Source: Selaginella moellendorffii (lineage: Eukaryota; Plantae; Lycopodiophyta). Taken from it: a stretch of DNA of 64,000 bases. The first letter of the stretch is position 1; every line of letters starts with the position of its first letter. The stretch is taken from assembly GCF_000143415.4 (NCBI RefSeq), contig NW_003314269.1:2301544-2365543 (forward strand). The letters are read 5' to 3'. A program made the translations under genes and the position numbers. The notes beneath the pieces were generated by a model that saw nothing but the letters and a program-made list of their open reading frames with translations, did not search any database and was not told where the DNA came from. Below, in pieces: positions 10,966 to 28,044 of the stretch.

Positions 10966-12753
10966 TTACGCAGCAACAGCCGCTTTCTCGTCCCTGTTCG
11001 TGAAAATGTTAAACAGTCTGGTAATCTCCACTCCTCTCGCCTTCACTTCTCCTCCTTCCGGCTTCTTCTGGTTGAATTTCTCCTTGTCACTTCTTCGTTT
11101 CTTCAAGCTGTCTTGATCGAATTTGTCAACTTTAGCTTTCGAGACTGTTTGATCCAGCTTGGCATGGCCTACTTTAACTTCCGGTGCTTCTGATCTCACT
11201 CCCAGCTTCCGGCTGTTCATCCTTAGTGTCTTTTTCGCAGCGTCTTCACCACTAGCTCCTGTTTGATCCATCTTAGTCGCACCTTTCCACTCGTTACGTG
11301 ATCTTCGATCAGCATACCACCTCGTCCTCCGCAAGGGAACGTCACTGAGCTCACATCCTTTACCACCAGCGTCCAAGCTCGCCTTGTTCATCACCTCCCA
11401 CTCTCGCCTCCTCGCCATCTCCCTCACGCTCTCCCGGGCGCTCTTCTGCCGTGCCACCTCCGCGTCGATCTCCTCGGACCACTGCGGCATGGCCGCCTTC
11501 ATCTCCTCCACCCAGGCCTTCTGCTTGGAGACGCTGTCGTGTATCACCACCGTCTTCTTGATCATCCCAGGCACGGGAATGTATCCCATGATGATCCGCA
11601 GGAAGATCTTGAGCTGCGGAGTCCGGAGGTGGAGCCGATAGTACCACTTCTCGACGCGGCTCCTCCCCCACAGCCGATCAGCCCGGTGGAGGCACACCAC
11701 CTCCGCCTCCACCTTCCACATAACTTTGAGGTATTTCTGGATCATCTCCACCGACTGTTTGTCAAACTTGTCCAGGATGATCCGGCCCTTGGTCCCGCGA
11801 GCGATGATACTCCCGCGATCGCACCACCACACCGCCAGCGACACCGGCGTCATGTGGTTGAGCCACTTCCGCTTCACCACCGTGTGGTTCTTCCAGCAAG
11901 TCATGTGGTGGAAGTCCCGGAACTCGGGCACCGGGACCGTCCGGAACTCGAGCTTGTCGGCCCGGGTGCCAAAAGAGTGCTCGAACGCCATCTCCTTGAA
12001 CTGCTCGGCCTTCCAGTCGAAGTACTCCTTGTTCATGGCGTGGTTCCGGAAGAACAGCACCGCGGCGTCGGGGTACTTGTCCCTGTCCACGAAGAGATTG
12101 CCGTGGCCGAGCAGCGAGCCGAGGAGAACCGAGCGTACCATCTCCGAGACGTCCACCGTCTGGAGGAGCTTGAGCGCCAGGTTGGGCGCGTGAGCTCCGC
12201 CACCTATTGGAAGAACGTTGCTCGCCATGTTTGGCTTCCTTCTCTTGGAGTTCTCGTGGCTTCTCATGAGCGAGCGAACCTCCCATGGCAGGCTCTCCCG
12301 CTTGGCCAGTGGAGCGTTCCTGGCTTTTCGAGCCATGCGGTGTGGAGCGTGGATCCTGGCTGGGCCGACCCTGTGCCCGAAAATCCCAGTCTTGGTGGGC
12401 GACTTGAAGATCTCATACTTGTAGTTGTAGAGGCTGGCTTTGAGCAGGGATGGATGCTGGCCGGGCGGGAAGCAGTATGATGGAGTGTGATCTTTGGGAG
12501 CTGGCGCTGGCGCTGGAGCTGGAGCTGCACTGGATTGATTTCTTCCAGTTACTGGATCCCCGGACGATGAAGCTGGAGCTGGATTGGATTGATTTGTTCC
12601 AGGTGCTGGACCTTTGGACGATGAAGTGGAGTTTTTCTGAGAAGAAATTGCTGGATACCTGGGACTAGCCGCCGACGAGCACATCATCCTCCCAAGGAGC
12701 TTCCAGTGCGGGCCGGTAGCCTCGCCGGATCGCAGCGATCGCAGCGAGATCAT
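10966..12753 (-). CDS. Intronless nuclear protein with an I-SceI-type (LAGLIDADG_2) domain and a predicted organellar targeting leader; catalytic residues altered
   Basis: 595-aa ORF. Motifs VLLGSLLGHGNL and HMTPVSLAVWWCDRGS match the I-SceI-type motifs ILGDAYI and LTPMSLAYWFMDDGG. The N-terminus is R/S/L-rich, followed by a S/P/A linker. Confidence 0.8.
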   Translation of the reverse strand: MISLRSLRSGEATGPHWKLLGRMMCSSAASPRYPAISSQKNSTSSSKGPAPGTNQSNPAPASSSGDPVTGRNQSSAAPAPAPAPAPKDHTPSYCFPPGQHPSLLKASLYNYKYEIFKSPTKTGIFGHRVGPARIHAPHRMARKARNAPLAKRESLPWEVRSLMRSHENSKRRKPNMASNVLPIGGGAHAPNLALKLLQTVDVSEMVRSVLLGSLLGHGNLFVDRDKYPDAAVLFFRNHAMNKEYFDWKAEQFKEMAFEHSFGTRADKLEFRTVPVPEFRDFHHMTCWKNHTVVKRKWLNHMTPVSLAVWWCDRGSIIARGTKGRIILDKFDKQSVEMIQKYLKVMWKVEAEVVCLHRADRLWGRSRVEKWYYRLHLRTPQLKIFLRIIMGYIPVPGMIKKTVVIHDSVSKQKAWVEEMKAAMPQWSEEIDAEVARQKSARESVREMARRREWEVMNKASLDAGGKGCELSDVPLRRTRWYADRRSRNEWKGATKMDQTGASGEDAAKKTLRMNSRKLGVRSEAPEVKVGHAKLDQTVSKAKVDKFDQDSLKKRRSDKEKFNQKKPEGGEVKARGVEITRLFNIFTNRDEKAAVAA

Positions 12754-12908
12754 TCTCCCCTTAAACCCTAGCTAAAGCCCTGGATCCTGGAGATCACGAA
12801 TCCACAAGCCGCATCCAAATGTGACATTGCGATCGCGTCGATTCCGCGCCTCGCCGCCATTGCTAAAGATTTCTAGGGTTCTTGAGCAAAATATTTTAGG
12901 GATCTTGG
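12754..12908. promoter_or_regulatory. 155-bp putative bidirectional promoter with telo-boxes
   Basis: Head-to-head ATGs at 12753(-) and 12909(+). AAACCCTAG at ~12763 and CTAGGGTT at ~12873. Confidence 0.6.
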
Positions 12909-13469
12909 ATGGATCCGGGGTATGGCGACTCGCTGCTCATCCTCGCCATCGCCTTCGCCTCCGCGTGTATCTGCGAGGGGATCTCCTGGCTCCTGATCTA
13001 CCGCTCCTCCTCCTACAAGGCGCTGCGCTACACCATAGATCGCACCAGCAAGAAGCTGGAGACGATGAAGAGCGGCGGGGGAGGCGCCAAGAAATCCTCG
13101 CGCACCAAGAAGATGGATCGATTCGAGTCGAGCCTCAAGGAATCGAGCAGGGATCTCTCCTTTTTCAAGTTCAAATCCGGCGCCGTCGTGGCGCTCGTCT
13201 TGCTCGTCGTGTTTGGCCTCCTCTCGTCGCTCTTCGAGGGCAAGCCCGTGGCGAAGCTCCCATTCGCGCCGTCGCCATTCATCCAGAAGATGACGCACAG
13301 GGGCCTGCCCGGCGACGATCCCACCGATTGCTCCATGGTCTTCTTCTACTTCCTCTGCTCGGTAAGCATCCGATCCAATCTCCAGAAGCTGCTAGGGTTC
13401 GCTCCCCCGCGCGGCGCCGCTGCCAATGCCGGGATGATGTTCGCTGCTCCCGATCCGAAGGCGCGGTAG
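12909..13469 (+). CDS. TMCO1: TMCO1 / DUF106 (EMC3/Oxa1 superfamily) ER membrane protein, intronless
   Basis: EGISWLLIYRSSSYK, LFEGKPVAKLPF, HRGLPGDDPTDCSMVFFYFLCS, QKLLGFAPPR are characteristic of the family. Confidence 0.92.
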   Translation: MDPGYGDSLLILAIAFASACICEGISWLLIYRSSSYKALRYTIDRTSKKLETMKSGGGGAKKSSRTKKMDRFESSLKESSRDLSFFKFKSGAVVALVLLVVFGLLSSLFEGKPVAKLPFAPSPFIQKMTHRGLPGDDPTDCSMVFFYFLCSVSIRSNLQKLLGFAPPRGAAANAGMMFAAPDPKAR

Positions 13470-13761
13470 TAATGGATCGATCGATCGCTCTTGTGTTCTT
13501 GATTAATCCTCTAGTTCTTCCTCGATTCAATGTGTTCTTCCATGGAGGACTCTCTCGAAAATTCCTAGAAGAGGAATCCTAGTGTGCTATGCCACGTGGT
13601 GTGTGTTTAGAGGCCACGATTGTAATAAAGCACCGCGCCGTCTCTGTTCTAGGGTTTTCATTTGGAGGCATTAACGTGTGAGCGGCGCTTGGAGGGCGCT
13701 CTGGGAATTAGGGTAGGCGATGGCGCGCTAGGGCTGTGAATCAAGGAAGGCGCGCGCCGGC

Positions 13762-16707
<2,946 letters not shown>

Positions 16708-17234
16708 CAAGGCAGGCGAGACTGTACATATCCTCTTCTCATTTTGGCGTCCATGGCACAAGACGAAACGAGACAACGAAAAGCTCCGGTTTTTACATTT
16801 AGCGTAAGAAAGTTTCTCTTTGTATTAGCTCGTCTAATCGTTCACAACTTTGCTTTTGAAGGGGGCTGGAACTTCCCTGCTTTCCTAAAAGTTCTCTCTA
16901 GAGATTATATCAAAGCGTCCAGGTTTTACTTGCAACGCTGTTCTTCGCCTTCTAACTTTCGTTGTTCCAGAGAGACAACCAAGAAAACGCAAACAAATTT
17001 TTTTTTTTTTGATCGATCCATCAAATCGGTTTCCATGTCGTGTGTAAAGAATGCGATCATCGTCGCACGCGAAGTCTATCCACTGGTAAAGCTATTTTTG
17101 GTCCCCTTGTCTCCGATTGGACCGTTGGATGGGCAATCGGACGGTTCTAATTGTTCCACTTGTACGATTCCGGGTTTGAGTTTAAATCACTTGGAATCGT
17201 GCCTAGGGTTCTCGAAAATTTTCCATTTTTCGCG

Positions 17235-19456
<2,222 letters not shown>

Positions 19457-19531
19457 CATAAAACACTACATTAATAAACAATAATTTCCAGACTAAGACA
19501 AATAGGTTTAATAATTTAGGGTTAGATAGCT

Positions 19532-22500
19532 ATGGCGCTCCAGCGATCGCGCGATCGGGGCTCTTACCGGATGTATCCCCCCCCGCCGCCGTCCGCGCCG
19601 CCAATCCTCGCGGCGGGGAGCCCGGCGGCGCCTCCGCACATTCCAATGCCGCCTTCTTTCCAGTATCATCACCACCAGCATCACCAGCAGCCACAGCAGC
19701 AGCCCCCGCGGCAAAACCAGGTACAAGCGTCTCCTCATCCTCACTCCTATCACCAGCCGCGAGAGGTTCTTCTTCACGGCGGCGGCGCCGCTGGCGTGCC
19801 TGCTGTTCTTGATCTGGCCATGGCGGCATACCGGCAGCGAGCGGTGCCGGCGCCGCCGCCCCAGTCTAGCCACGGGATTTTGGGCCCCCAGCAGCAGCGG
19901 CTCCAGCCCTCTCCCGGCTGGGACGAGAGGAATTTTCGGAATCATCATCTTCTTCCGCCAATGCCGCATCAGGGGCTGGAGATGCGTATCGATTCTAGCG
20001 TGGTGCTAGACGGGAGGTTTCCACCGGATAGTAGATTAGCACCGAGTAGCGCAAACTATAGGCCGCATGCTTCCATGGCAGACTCTACACACGACAGGAA
20101 CGTATACTGGCAGCCTCCTCCCAGCAATCTCTACTCGGCCGAGGTGATGGTTCCCAGAGCTTACCAGCGGAGGACTCCATCGCCATTGCGTGGTAGCGAT
20201 CGCCGGTTTGTGGAAGTCGAGAGCGGGCATTTGGCGTCCAGGTCCATGGTGAGCTCGCCGCGGCCACACTACGATCGAGAGGTACGTAACAGGAGCCGCG
20301 AGAGAAGCCCAGCTCGGTACCAGAGAGCGTCGAGGGTGGTGGAGCGGAGCTCTCCATTGCCGGCGAGGCCGAGCTACGAAGGGCGACGGCATTATCACAG
20401 GGAAGATGATGATCGTGAGGATGGACAGCTTACGCCGGAGGATAACATCAGGAGGAAAGTGTATGGGCGGAACTCATGCACCAAGTATCACGACCACTCG
20501 CACTCGACGTCGGATTCTCACGGCCGGAACCAGAGAGTTCATTCGCAGCAGAAGAGGGAGCGGCCGGCATGCAAGGAGCTTGGCTCTCCGGTTAAGAAGT
20601 CGAGGTTTGATGTGCGACCTCCACTGGTGGAGATGCCTGGGGAGACCAGCGTAAAGAAGCTGACCGTCACGGGACACAAACAAGCTCCTAAAGACCATCC
20701 GGCTCGAGATTCTCGCAGTCCGCAACGCACTCCGAAAGAGAGAGAGAGGGCGCCCAGCCCTGTTCCAAAGCTTCACACGGTTGGAAAGTCGTCCTCGGCG
20801 AAAGCTTCTATCCCGACTCCGACTCATCCTCAGCCTTCGTCATCCCAAGTACAGAAAAAGCTCAAGGAAATACCAGAGAAAACCTTGCTCGCGAATACCA
20901 CGGAAGCTCCGACTGATCCCGAGCCACAGGAACAAGCAGCTGTGGCGTTGGAACCCCGCCAAGCCAAGCACTTTGAAGCTGTTACGGAAAACGGACAAGC
21001 GAAGGAAGCTGATGTTGATATTCCGGTAGCGGCAGCGGTAGAGAATGGGGAACACGTAGATAGCGTACTGGGAACTTCGTTAGTATTAGCGGACGGAACT
21101 GAGAGACCGACATCGTTAGAATTAGCGCAGGTACCTGAGCGTGCTGCCCGGGAGGAGCAGCACACTACTGCACCAGCGGCGAGCACAATTCAAGCGTTAG
21201 TCGACCATTCACAGAAGGTTACGTCTTCTTCCGACGAGCGCAAGCATGGCTCGAAGCAGGCTGTATTAAGTATAAGGAAGAACCCGTCCATGCCTGTGGC
21301 TTTCAAGCCGCGAACTACGGCTACGTCGAAGACATGGCATAGAGATGGGAACGCTCCAGGAACCTCGAAGCTTTCGAACGTGTTTACCGCGGGCAAGTCC
21401 GGTGAAGCGTCTACGTTAAGCACTGCGCCATCTTATGTTCGGAAAGGCAACAGCCTGGTCAGAACATCGCCGGTCTTGCCCAAGTACACGGGATCTCCTT
21501 TACGAACTGCCGTGATGAAGAAACCGACTGTGCGGAAGTCACCAATCTTGGCAGCGAGTCCATTATCTTCTGGGGATCAAAACCAACAGGGTAAAGCAAA
21601 TGCTACGTTGGATTCGTCGAAAGCTCCAGTAGAAATTATCGATCTCGATCCTGAAGTACCTAGTAGTACAGCTCTAGACTCGTCAAAAAACTCTTCGGGT
21701 GTTGGGGAGCTCGACAAGCAGAACAGCGTTCCTGGTGAAAATAGCGGCACGATACGCTCCAAGACCAGTCCGCTTGTGGTTTCACCATCTGGGGAACACG
21801 ACCACTGTAAACCGGACGTGTACGTCAAACGGAAAACCAATCAGCTAGTTCGAAATACAGAAAGTTCTCGCAAGCGAGAACAGAGCTCTGAAGATCTGCC
21901 GGTGATGAAAACCAAGCTAGGAAAAGGTGATGACCCTTACCAAGTTCTGCATTTTCTAATGTTTTCTCCTTGGCAGCTTTGCGGTTGAAGAAGAATTCGT
22001 CTTCTTGGGTGTGGACGCCGAGTGATACCCACAAAGCACCACACTTAATGCCTTGGAAGAAACGGCTTTATAGAAGAGTCCGAACGCGTAGGCTGGAGGT
22101 TCTTCCTAAAGGGAAGAAAGGCTCGTTGCTATCGCTTATAAGGTAAGCTTTCCTGAACTCTTATGCCATCTTGTTTGTCAGATACATAGTTTGAAATGGC
22201 AGCGAAAAGCTTCGGGTATTACGGACGTCACAGCCTTTATATACTCGCTCTGCAAATGGCTTTTCGCTGCATAGATCTGGTGTTCGTAGCGTTGACGGTG
22301 CCAGTCTTAAATGGACAAAGTCACTCGAGAAACGCTCTCGGCAAGCAAACCAGGTATGCATGCAAGGTAATCATGTTACATGAAGCTGTAATACACAGGA
22401 CGCTACGAAGGCGGTGGCAGCTTTGGAGAAACATTGCCGGAAGAAAACTGATAAAGGAGGCGTCAAAGCTGGAACATCACGTAAGTTGATACTGGTTCTT

Positions 22501-23812
22501 CCATCGATATATATCGTTTGTAATCCACAGGCGAGCGCATTGTCCTGGTCGGGCTTGTACGATACAAGATGGACCCGTCGAAACGAACACTGCAGCGGAT
22601 ACAAGGTGCTTTTGTATTCTCGGTCATCTAAGCGTGTCTGACGAAATATGGCCTTGCAGAGTCGTCTGAAAACTCTAATGTCTCGAGTTCATCAACTGGC
22701 GCTTGGGGCTTGTTGACTCCAAGGCGTGCATCGATTGGAGGTGCAGTGTAAGTTGATGTGGTCAGCCTGTTTCGGTGGTTTCTCACTTTCCGCTGTAAGC
22801 AGCTACGTGAGAATGGGAAATGGCAACCAGCTTGTGCGGGATCCAAAGGCTTCGAGCAGGGCGTTGGCAAGCGAGAAAGTCAGATGGAGTCTACATAATA
22901 TCAGGTCCCGTGTCATCAAGAAGCAGCAGTACTGCCAGTTCTTTACAAGATTTGGCAAGTGCAAGAAGGGAGATGGAAAATGCCCCTACATTCACGACGC
23001 TGGTAAGGTGGCGGTGTGTACCAAATTCTTGAAAGGTTCCTGTTCGAACGTAAGCTGTCTCTTGACACACAAGGTACGCTCTGCGCTTGATGTGCTTGTC
23101 GGAAAGAATGGTTGTTCGTGCTCTACAGGTCTTACCGGAGAGGATGCCAGACTGCTCTTTCTTTCTACAAGGTTGGCCAGGGTTTTGTTTCTTTTTCTTC
23201 TTCTTCTTCATGACTGGACGTGCAGGCTTGTGCATAAACGAGGAATGCCCCTATCGGCACGTGAATGTGAATCCAGATGCTCCAGTCTGCGAAGGCTTTC
23301 TAAAAGGGTACTGCGCGAGCGGTGATCAGGTCGTCTCTATTTTTCCCCGATTGAAGTTTAACTCTGGCTCTTACTTTTGCTTCCAGTGCAACAAGAAACA
23401 CACGTACGTGTGCCCCGCCTACGCTGCCACCGGAGAGTGCCCGGAGAGAGCAGCATGCAAGCTCCACCATCCCAAAAAGAAGGAACGCACCAGAGAGGTA
23501 AGCACCAAAGCAAGCACCAAGGGCGAGAAGAAGCGGCGCTACTTTGTTGGCTCGGAAATACCCCCTCGGCCGCTGGCAATGGGATCGTCGTCTCAAGACG
23601 TGCCCGGGAACATAGACGCAGGGGTGGAGTTCATCAGTTTGGAAGGGATTAGTCTGGACGGCGTAGAGAGGGATACAGACTCCGGGGACTCACGGAAGCC
23701 TCGGGTGCGAGAGGATGGCCTCTTATGGTTCAACGATATGTCGGAGGAAGAGGTGGAGAGGCTGATAAAGCCAGCGTTCGTGTGGCAGTCCCGCGAGCTC
23801 CTCCAAGTGTAA
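19532..23812 (+). CDS. Large CCCH zinc-finger protein, ZC3H3/SOP1-like (nuclear RNA decay cofactor family)
   Basis: Long low-complexity first exon, YVRKGNSLVR and YVRMGNGNQLVRDP motifs, and a C-terminal tandem CCCH array (YCQFFTRFGKC...VCTKFLKGSC...MPDCSFFLQGLC...VCEGFLKGYC). Confidence 0.85.
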
Positions 23813-24044
23813 CTTCTACTTCTCCGATCGTTCGCGAAGTTTGGAATGGGGTATAGGCAACTAGATAATCGAACAAGGCGGGGGAGCGAAATTCTTTGCA
23901 GGAAGGCAGTGAAACTGTTTCTTCCTTTTGTGTTTTTTTTTTTTTTTTTTTGGTGTGTGTGTATAATCCAACATCAAGGAAAGGTGACAAATCTAAGTAA
24001 TCTTCCAAGATAGCAGTTGCTAAATCTCTGATAAACTTCCAAGT

Positions 24045-25130
24045 TTATAACATCCAGAGATTCACACTTTGAGTGATAACAGCATCTGCAATAGTATTAA
24101 TAAATCCAGGGCCACTGTCAAATCTCTGGATCAAGTTTGAGAGCACCCCAAGAGGAAGCCCAGGACAACCTCGCTTTCCTGATCCAAACGGAAGCAACTC
24201 AAAGTCATGGCCATAGACGTTGGTATTGCTACCAACAAATCTCCCAGTCCTCAACTTGCCCGGATCATTCGGCCAAGCCTGGGAGTCCCTTCCAATCGCG
24301 TATGCTTTGATGACCACGGTCGCCTTTGCTGGAATCTCAAAGCCGGCCACTATTCGAGGCTCCGGGAACGTGTGTGGGATCATGAGGGGCAGCGGGGGAT
24401 GAAGACGAAGTGTCTCCTTGATAACAGCGTTGACAAGTTCCAGCTTCGCCAAGTCCGATTCCTCCACCATTGGATCTCTCCCAACCACGCTTTCAATCTC
24501 TTGCTGAAGTTTCTCCATCCACTCGGGGTTGTGAAGTTCGGCCATAGCCCATTCAATCATGGTTGATGATGTCTCGGAAGTAAATTCTAGTAAGAGAAGC
24601 ACTGGATCAAATCAAGAGTTCTGAGCTTACCATGAGCAAAGCTTTGAGGTACTGGGTCTGGACGTTCACTTATGCCTTCGTCATCTCCACAAAATCGGGA
24701 ACCGGTCTCTGCTCGTTCAAAACTTGGACCAGGAACCCATCCATCTTGCGGTGAGCTCTTCTACAGTGCGTTATGCTCCACACTGGGGAAGTAATCAGCT
24801 ATGGAGAACGCCCCGGATGCCTCTAGCACCTCGACAATCAGCTCCACAAATTCCCGCGCCTGGGGATCATCGCTGGAAGCCTTGGATCCAAAGTAAGTCT
24901 TGTTCATGAGGATTGAAGCTCAGTGGTCTCAGCTTGCCTCCCAATGCCACTAGCTGATTGGAAGCCTTGGCAAAGTTCGTCCCGGATGATTTTGGTGAAG
25001 GAGTTGACCCTTCTGGCCGTGAAGAGGTGACCATTCTGGCGGTAAAGATGGAGCACATGCACCTGATGTTCTTGTGGCACTCACCCTCTTGGACTTGTAC
25101 TGTGAACGAATGTGGCCTATGAACTTCAAG
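24045..25130 (-). pseudogene. Cytochrome P450 pseudogene, 5' truncated and frameshifted
   Basis: Exon 2 retains KETLRLHPP and FELLPFGSGKRGCPG. Exon 1 is fragmented across frames (IFTARMVTSS, LRPLSFN) and lacks a membrane anchor. Confidence 0.85.
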
Positions 25131-25549
25131 CTTTTTGAGAAAAAGAAGAAACGGAAAACTTTTGTCATATCACTCCAAGAACTTGGTTTTAAATTAATTT
25201 TGATGTAATTCTTCCACCATGAAGAAGTATAACTCATAAGATTTGTCAGAAAAAATCAATTTTCAATTTGTCCCATAACTCCAACCAACAATTAACCTTC
25301 TACATGTTATAAACATTTGGTGACAACTTTCATTCCATGATATTATAATTATTAACATGCTTAATGTACCAATGGTAATCACAAATAAAAAATTAAGGAT
25401 ATTAAAGATTTTATCAATTTCATTAAGGATTTCCTACTTCACATAAACCCCCAAATAACATCCTTAATGTTATTCTAAACCACTCTTTTGTCATCCCTAA
25501 AAGTATATGTTGATCCAATACAAATGAAGAATAGAAAATGCATTTATCT

Positions 25550-26945
25550 TCCAGCTCCCAATCTTGATTGAAACAGCAGCAATGTTGGAAGCTTTCACGT
25601 TGTCAAGAACTGGAGCCCTAGCAACTGTTGGAGAGATGAAATGCGATCTGGAGTGTGAGCCTTAATGGTTAGGCTATGGAATATTCTTAAAATATTCCTG
25701 TGGTTGGGAATAGTGCACGATATGTCTATTTCAATTTGTCCCTACTCAATTTCCTTATGTGGCCGTTTCCCACATATACATTCAAGATCCAAGCTCTTTG
25801 GAATCTATTATCTGGAAAGCAAGAAGATGGTGATGGCATTATTCACAATTAAGATGGCACTTGAACAGTTGGAAGCGAGCAATGTGCTCCCACAATAAGA
25901 AGAAGAAGACGAAAAGATTGTATGCCTGAAACAAATCATATATGGCCTACAATATTTGTCCAAAAGTGAAGACATTTCTCCCAATATATAATGGCCTAAC
26001 CCTGCAGTGGAAGATGATGGCATGTTGCTCCCACCTTAATCAAGCATTTTGAAAGCTTTAGAACTATTAACGTGATATCCCAATAAGATTGTGTTTACAG
26101 TCCATTTGTACCCAACTGAGTATAGACTCTATTCTATGTTGGTAAACAAACAAACGAGGCTCTTTGTCTCAATATTTTTGTTTATGGATTCATGATCAAG
26201 GTGGCATAACTTCTGATCTTAGTAATGTTCTTCATGAAACCTTGGTCTCTACTGAAAGGGAAAACTATGTAATGGAGCTCGAGATCTCTCATCCCATATA
26301 TCCATAACATGTACAGAGTGGTTTCCCAACCCCAGGGAGTTTCAGATTACATGGTTTTGAGATATATTTCCCTAATGTTTGCTCTCAGCCAATGGGAGTG
26401 TGGCACAGGCTGGGTTGCCTGTTAAATATAATTTTTATGTGCCCCAGATGATTTAGAGATCAGCAGTGGTACACTTCCAAAATCGTCATTTTGTTTAACA
26501 AACGAAAGATAAAGCAGTCAATCTTAGCTAAATTAAAAAACCTCCAGGAAGAATATGCTTTGACTAACTGAGGAGCTAATGTTACTTGGGTAACCTTTCG
26601 CATGAATTTGTCAGATTTTTCGTTTTGCATGAATTCTTGCGGTCTGATTCTTGCCTGACTTTAAACACAAGGAAAATATAAAAAATTATTTCATTTGAAA
26701 ACTAAGTTCAGATGAGGACAAAGTCGAAGATATTATGTGGCTCGCACTATTTCTCTGGCTGACGGAGCTCACAGGGAAGTGGCAAGTGGTGTTCTATGCT
26801 TCCATGATCATCCTCATAGTGAGAATGGCAGCAACCACTCAAGCACCAAACGTGATTGCACGAGGACAGCGGGCATTTGCGAGAAAAAGACGATGGCTAC
26901 GTTGTGATATGGGCGATGAGACGCTTTGGCGCCTTCCTCATATAA
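25550..26945 (+). pseudogene. Decayed remnants of the bulb-lectin-domain gene family
   Basis: ~26850-26940 reads DCTRTAGI..DDGYVVIW..TLWRLP (compare NCVRTAGLSVEDDGYIVVW...ELWRVP). Weaker: AVEDDGML at ~26005, LRSD at ~26640. Confidence 0.55.
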
Positions 26946-27047
26946 ATCAAGCCTTTTAGACAATAACAACACTTCTACCCAGCTGCCAATCTTCGTCTTA
27001 TAACCCTTCTCCACAAGTGGTTCTCTCTCTCTCTCTCTAGGCACGCC

Positions 27048-28040
27048 ATGATCAAGGTGGCATCCCTTGTCATCTTACTGTTCTTCCTGCAACCTTGGCC
27101 TGGTTCTAGCGTGACGATCCGGGAGAGGAGGCATGTGGGACGCTTCTCCCAGTTCGAAGCCAGGAGGATTACAAATGCCATCTCCAATCGCATCAGACAG
27201 CTCTCCTACTACTCCTCGTACAGCTCTGGCAGGAGCTTCAGCTATACGTTCATGGTCACGGACAGGATCAAAGCCTCGATACGCCTCTGGTTCTTCAGCA
27301 TCGCCCCCTCCAGGGTTTACAACTTGTGTTCCATCTCGCCCAATAAGTCCATGATCTTGTCCACCCAAACCTTGCAGCAAGCATACTGGGAGATTTTCAG
27401 CACCATCTACACCGAGTCCCAAGACGGGTATGGATCCATGATCGTCTTCTCCAAGGTCTTTGCCATTGATTACATCTCTTGGGAGGGACAGCCGGACAAA
27501 GAGGAGCTTTGGAGCGTTGAAACCACGGACAGCTCGAGCTTGCATGGCCATTATCTCTGGAACGAGTCAGCTTTCTCTTTGCTCCGCCGGGACGCCGTGC
27601 CTGGCGATCCGGACCTCGCCGTGGAGGACTGCTGGCCTTTTGCGACGAGCATGATCAGCGGGCATGGATCCGTCGGCTCCTTCTTCATGGGTCCGTACAT
27701 CTTGGAGTCGAAAAACCAGAAGTTCAAGGCCTTGATCAGGAGCGACTGTTACTTCGTCCTCTACGAGTGGCGTGATGGCCTGGGTGGCAAGAGGGAGGTG
27801 TGGAACAGCGGGATGGTCATGAAGAACCGGCATGCATCGTGTTCCATCAGCCTCCAAGTCGATTCCAATATGGTTATTGTGGATAATTCGGAAAGAAAGC
27901 CTCCCTTCGCATCCAATGTCTACTGCAAGCCACAGCCGAATTGTGTTAGAACGGCCGGGCTCTCGGTGGAGGACGACGGCTACATTGTGGTGTGGGAGAC
28001 GGACAGCCAACGCGAGCTCTGGCGTGTTCCTCGCAGATGA
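27048..28040 (+). CDS. Secreted protein with a C-terminal bulb-type (GNA/B) lectin-like domain, copy A, intronless
   Basis: Signal peptide. C-terminal LESKNQKFKALIRSDCYFVLY...VWNSG...SLQVDSNMVIV...LSVEDDGYIVVW matches the B-lectin repeat pattern. TATAAA at ~26941. Confidence 0.75.
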   Translation: MIKVASLVILLFFLQPWPGSSVTIRERRHVGRFSQFEARRITNAISNRIRQLSYYSSYSSGRSFSYTFMVTDRIKASIRLWFFSIAPSRVYNLCSISPNKSMILSTQTLQQAYWEIFSTIYTESQDGYGSMIVFSKVFAIDYISWEGQPDKEELWSVETTDSSSLHGHYLWNESAFSLLRRDAVPGDPDLAVEDCWPFATSMISGHGSVGSFFMGPYILESKNQKFKALIRSDCYFVLYEWRDGLGGKREVWNSGMVMKNRHASCSISLQVDSNMVIVDNSERKPPFASNVYCKPQPNCVRTAGLSVEDDGYIVVWETDSQRELWRVPRR

Positions 28041-28044
28041 CAAT

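Noticed and set aside
11539-12480. 313-aa plus-strand ORF and similar long antisense ORFs over GC-rich genes
   Set aside because: Shadow ORFs produced by high GC3 codon usage of the real gene on the opposite strand.
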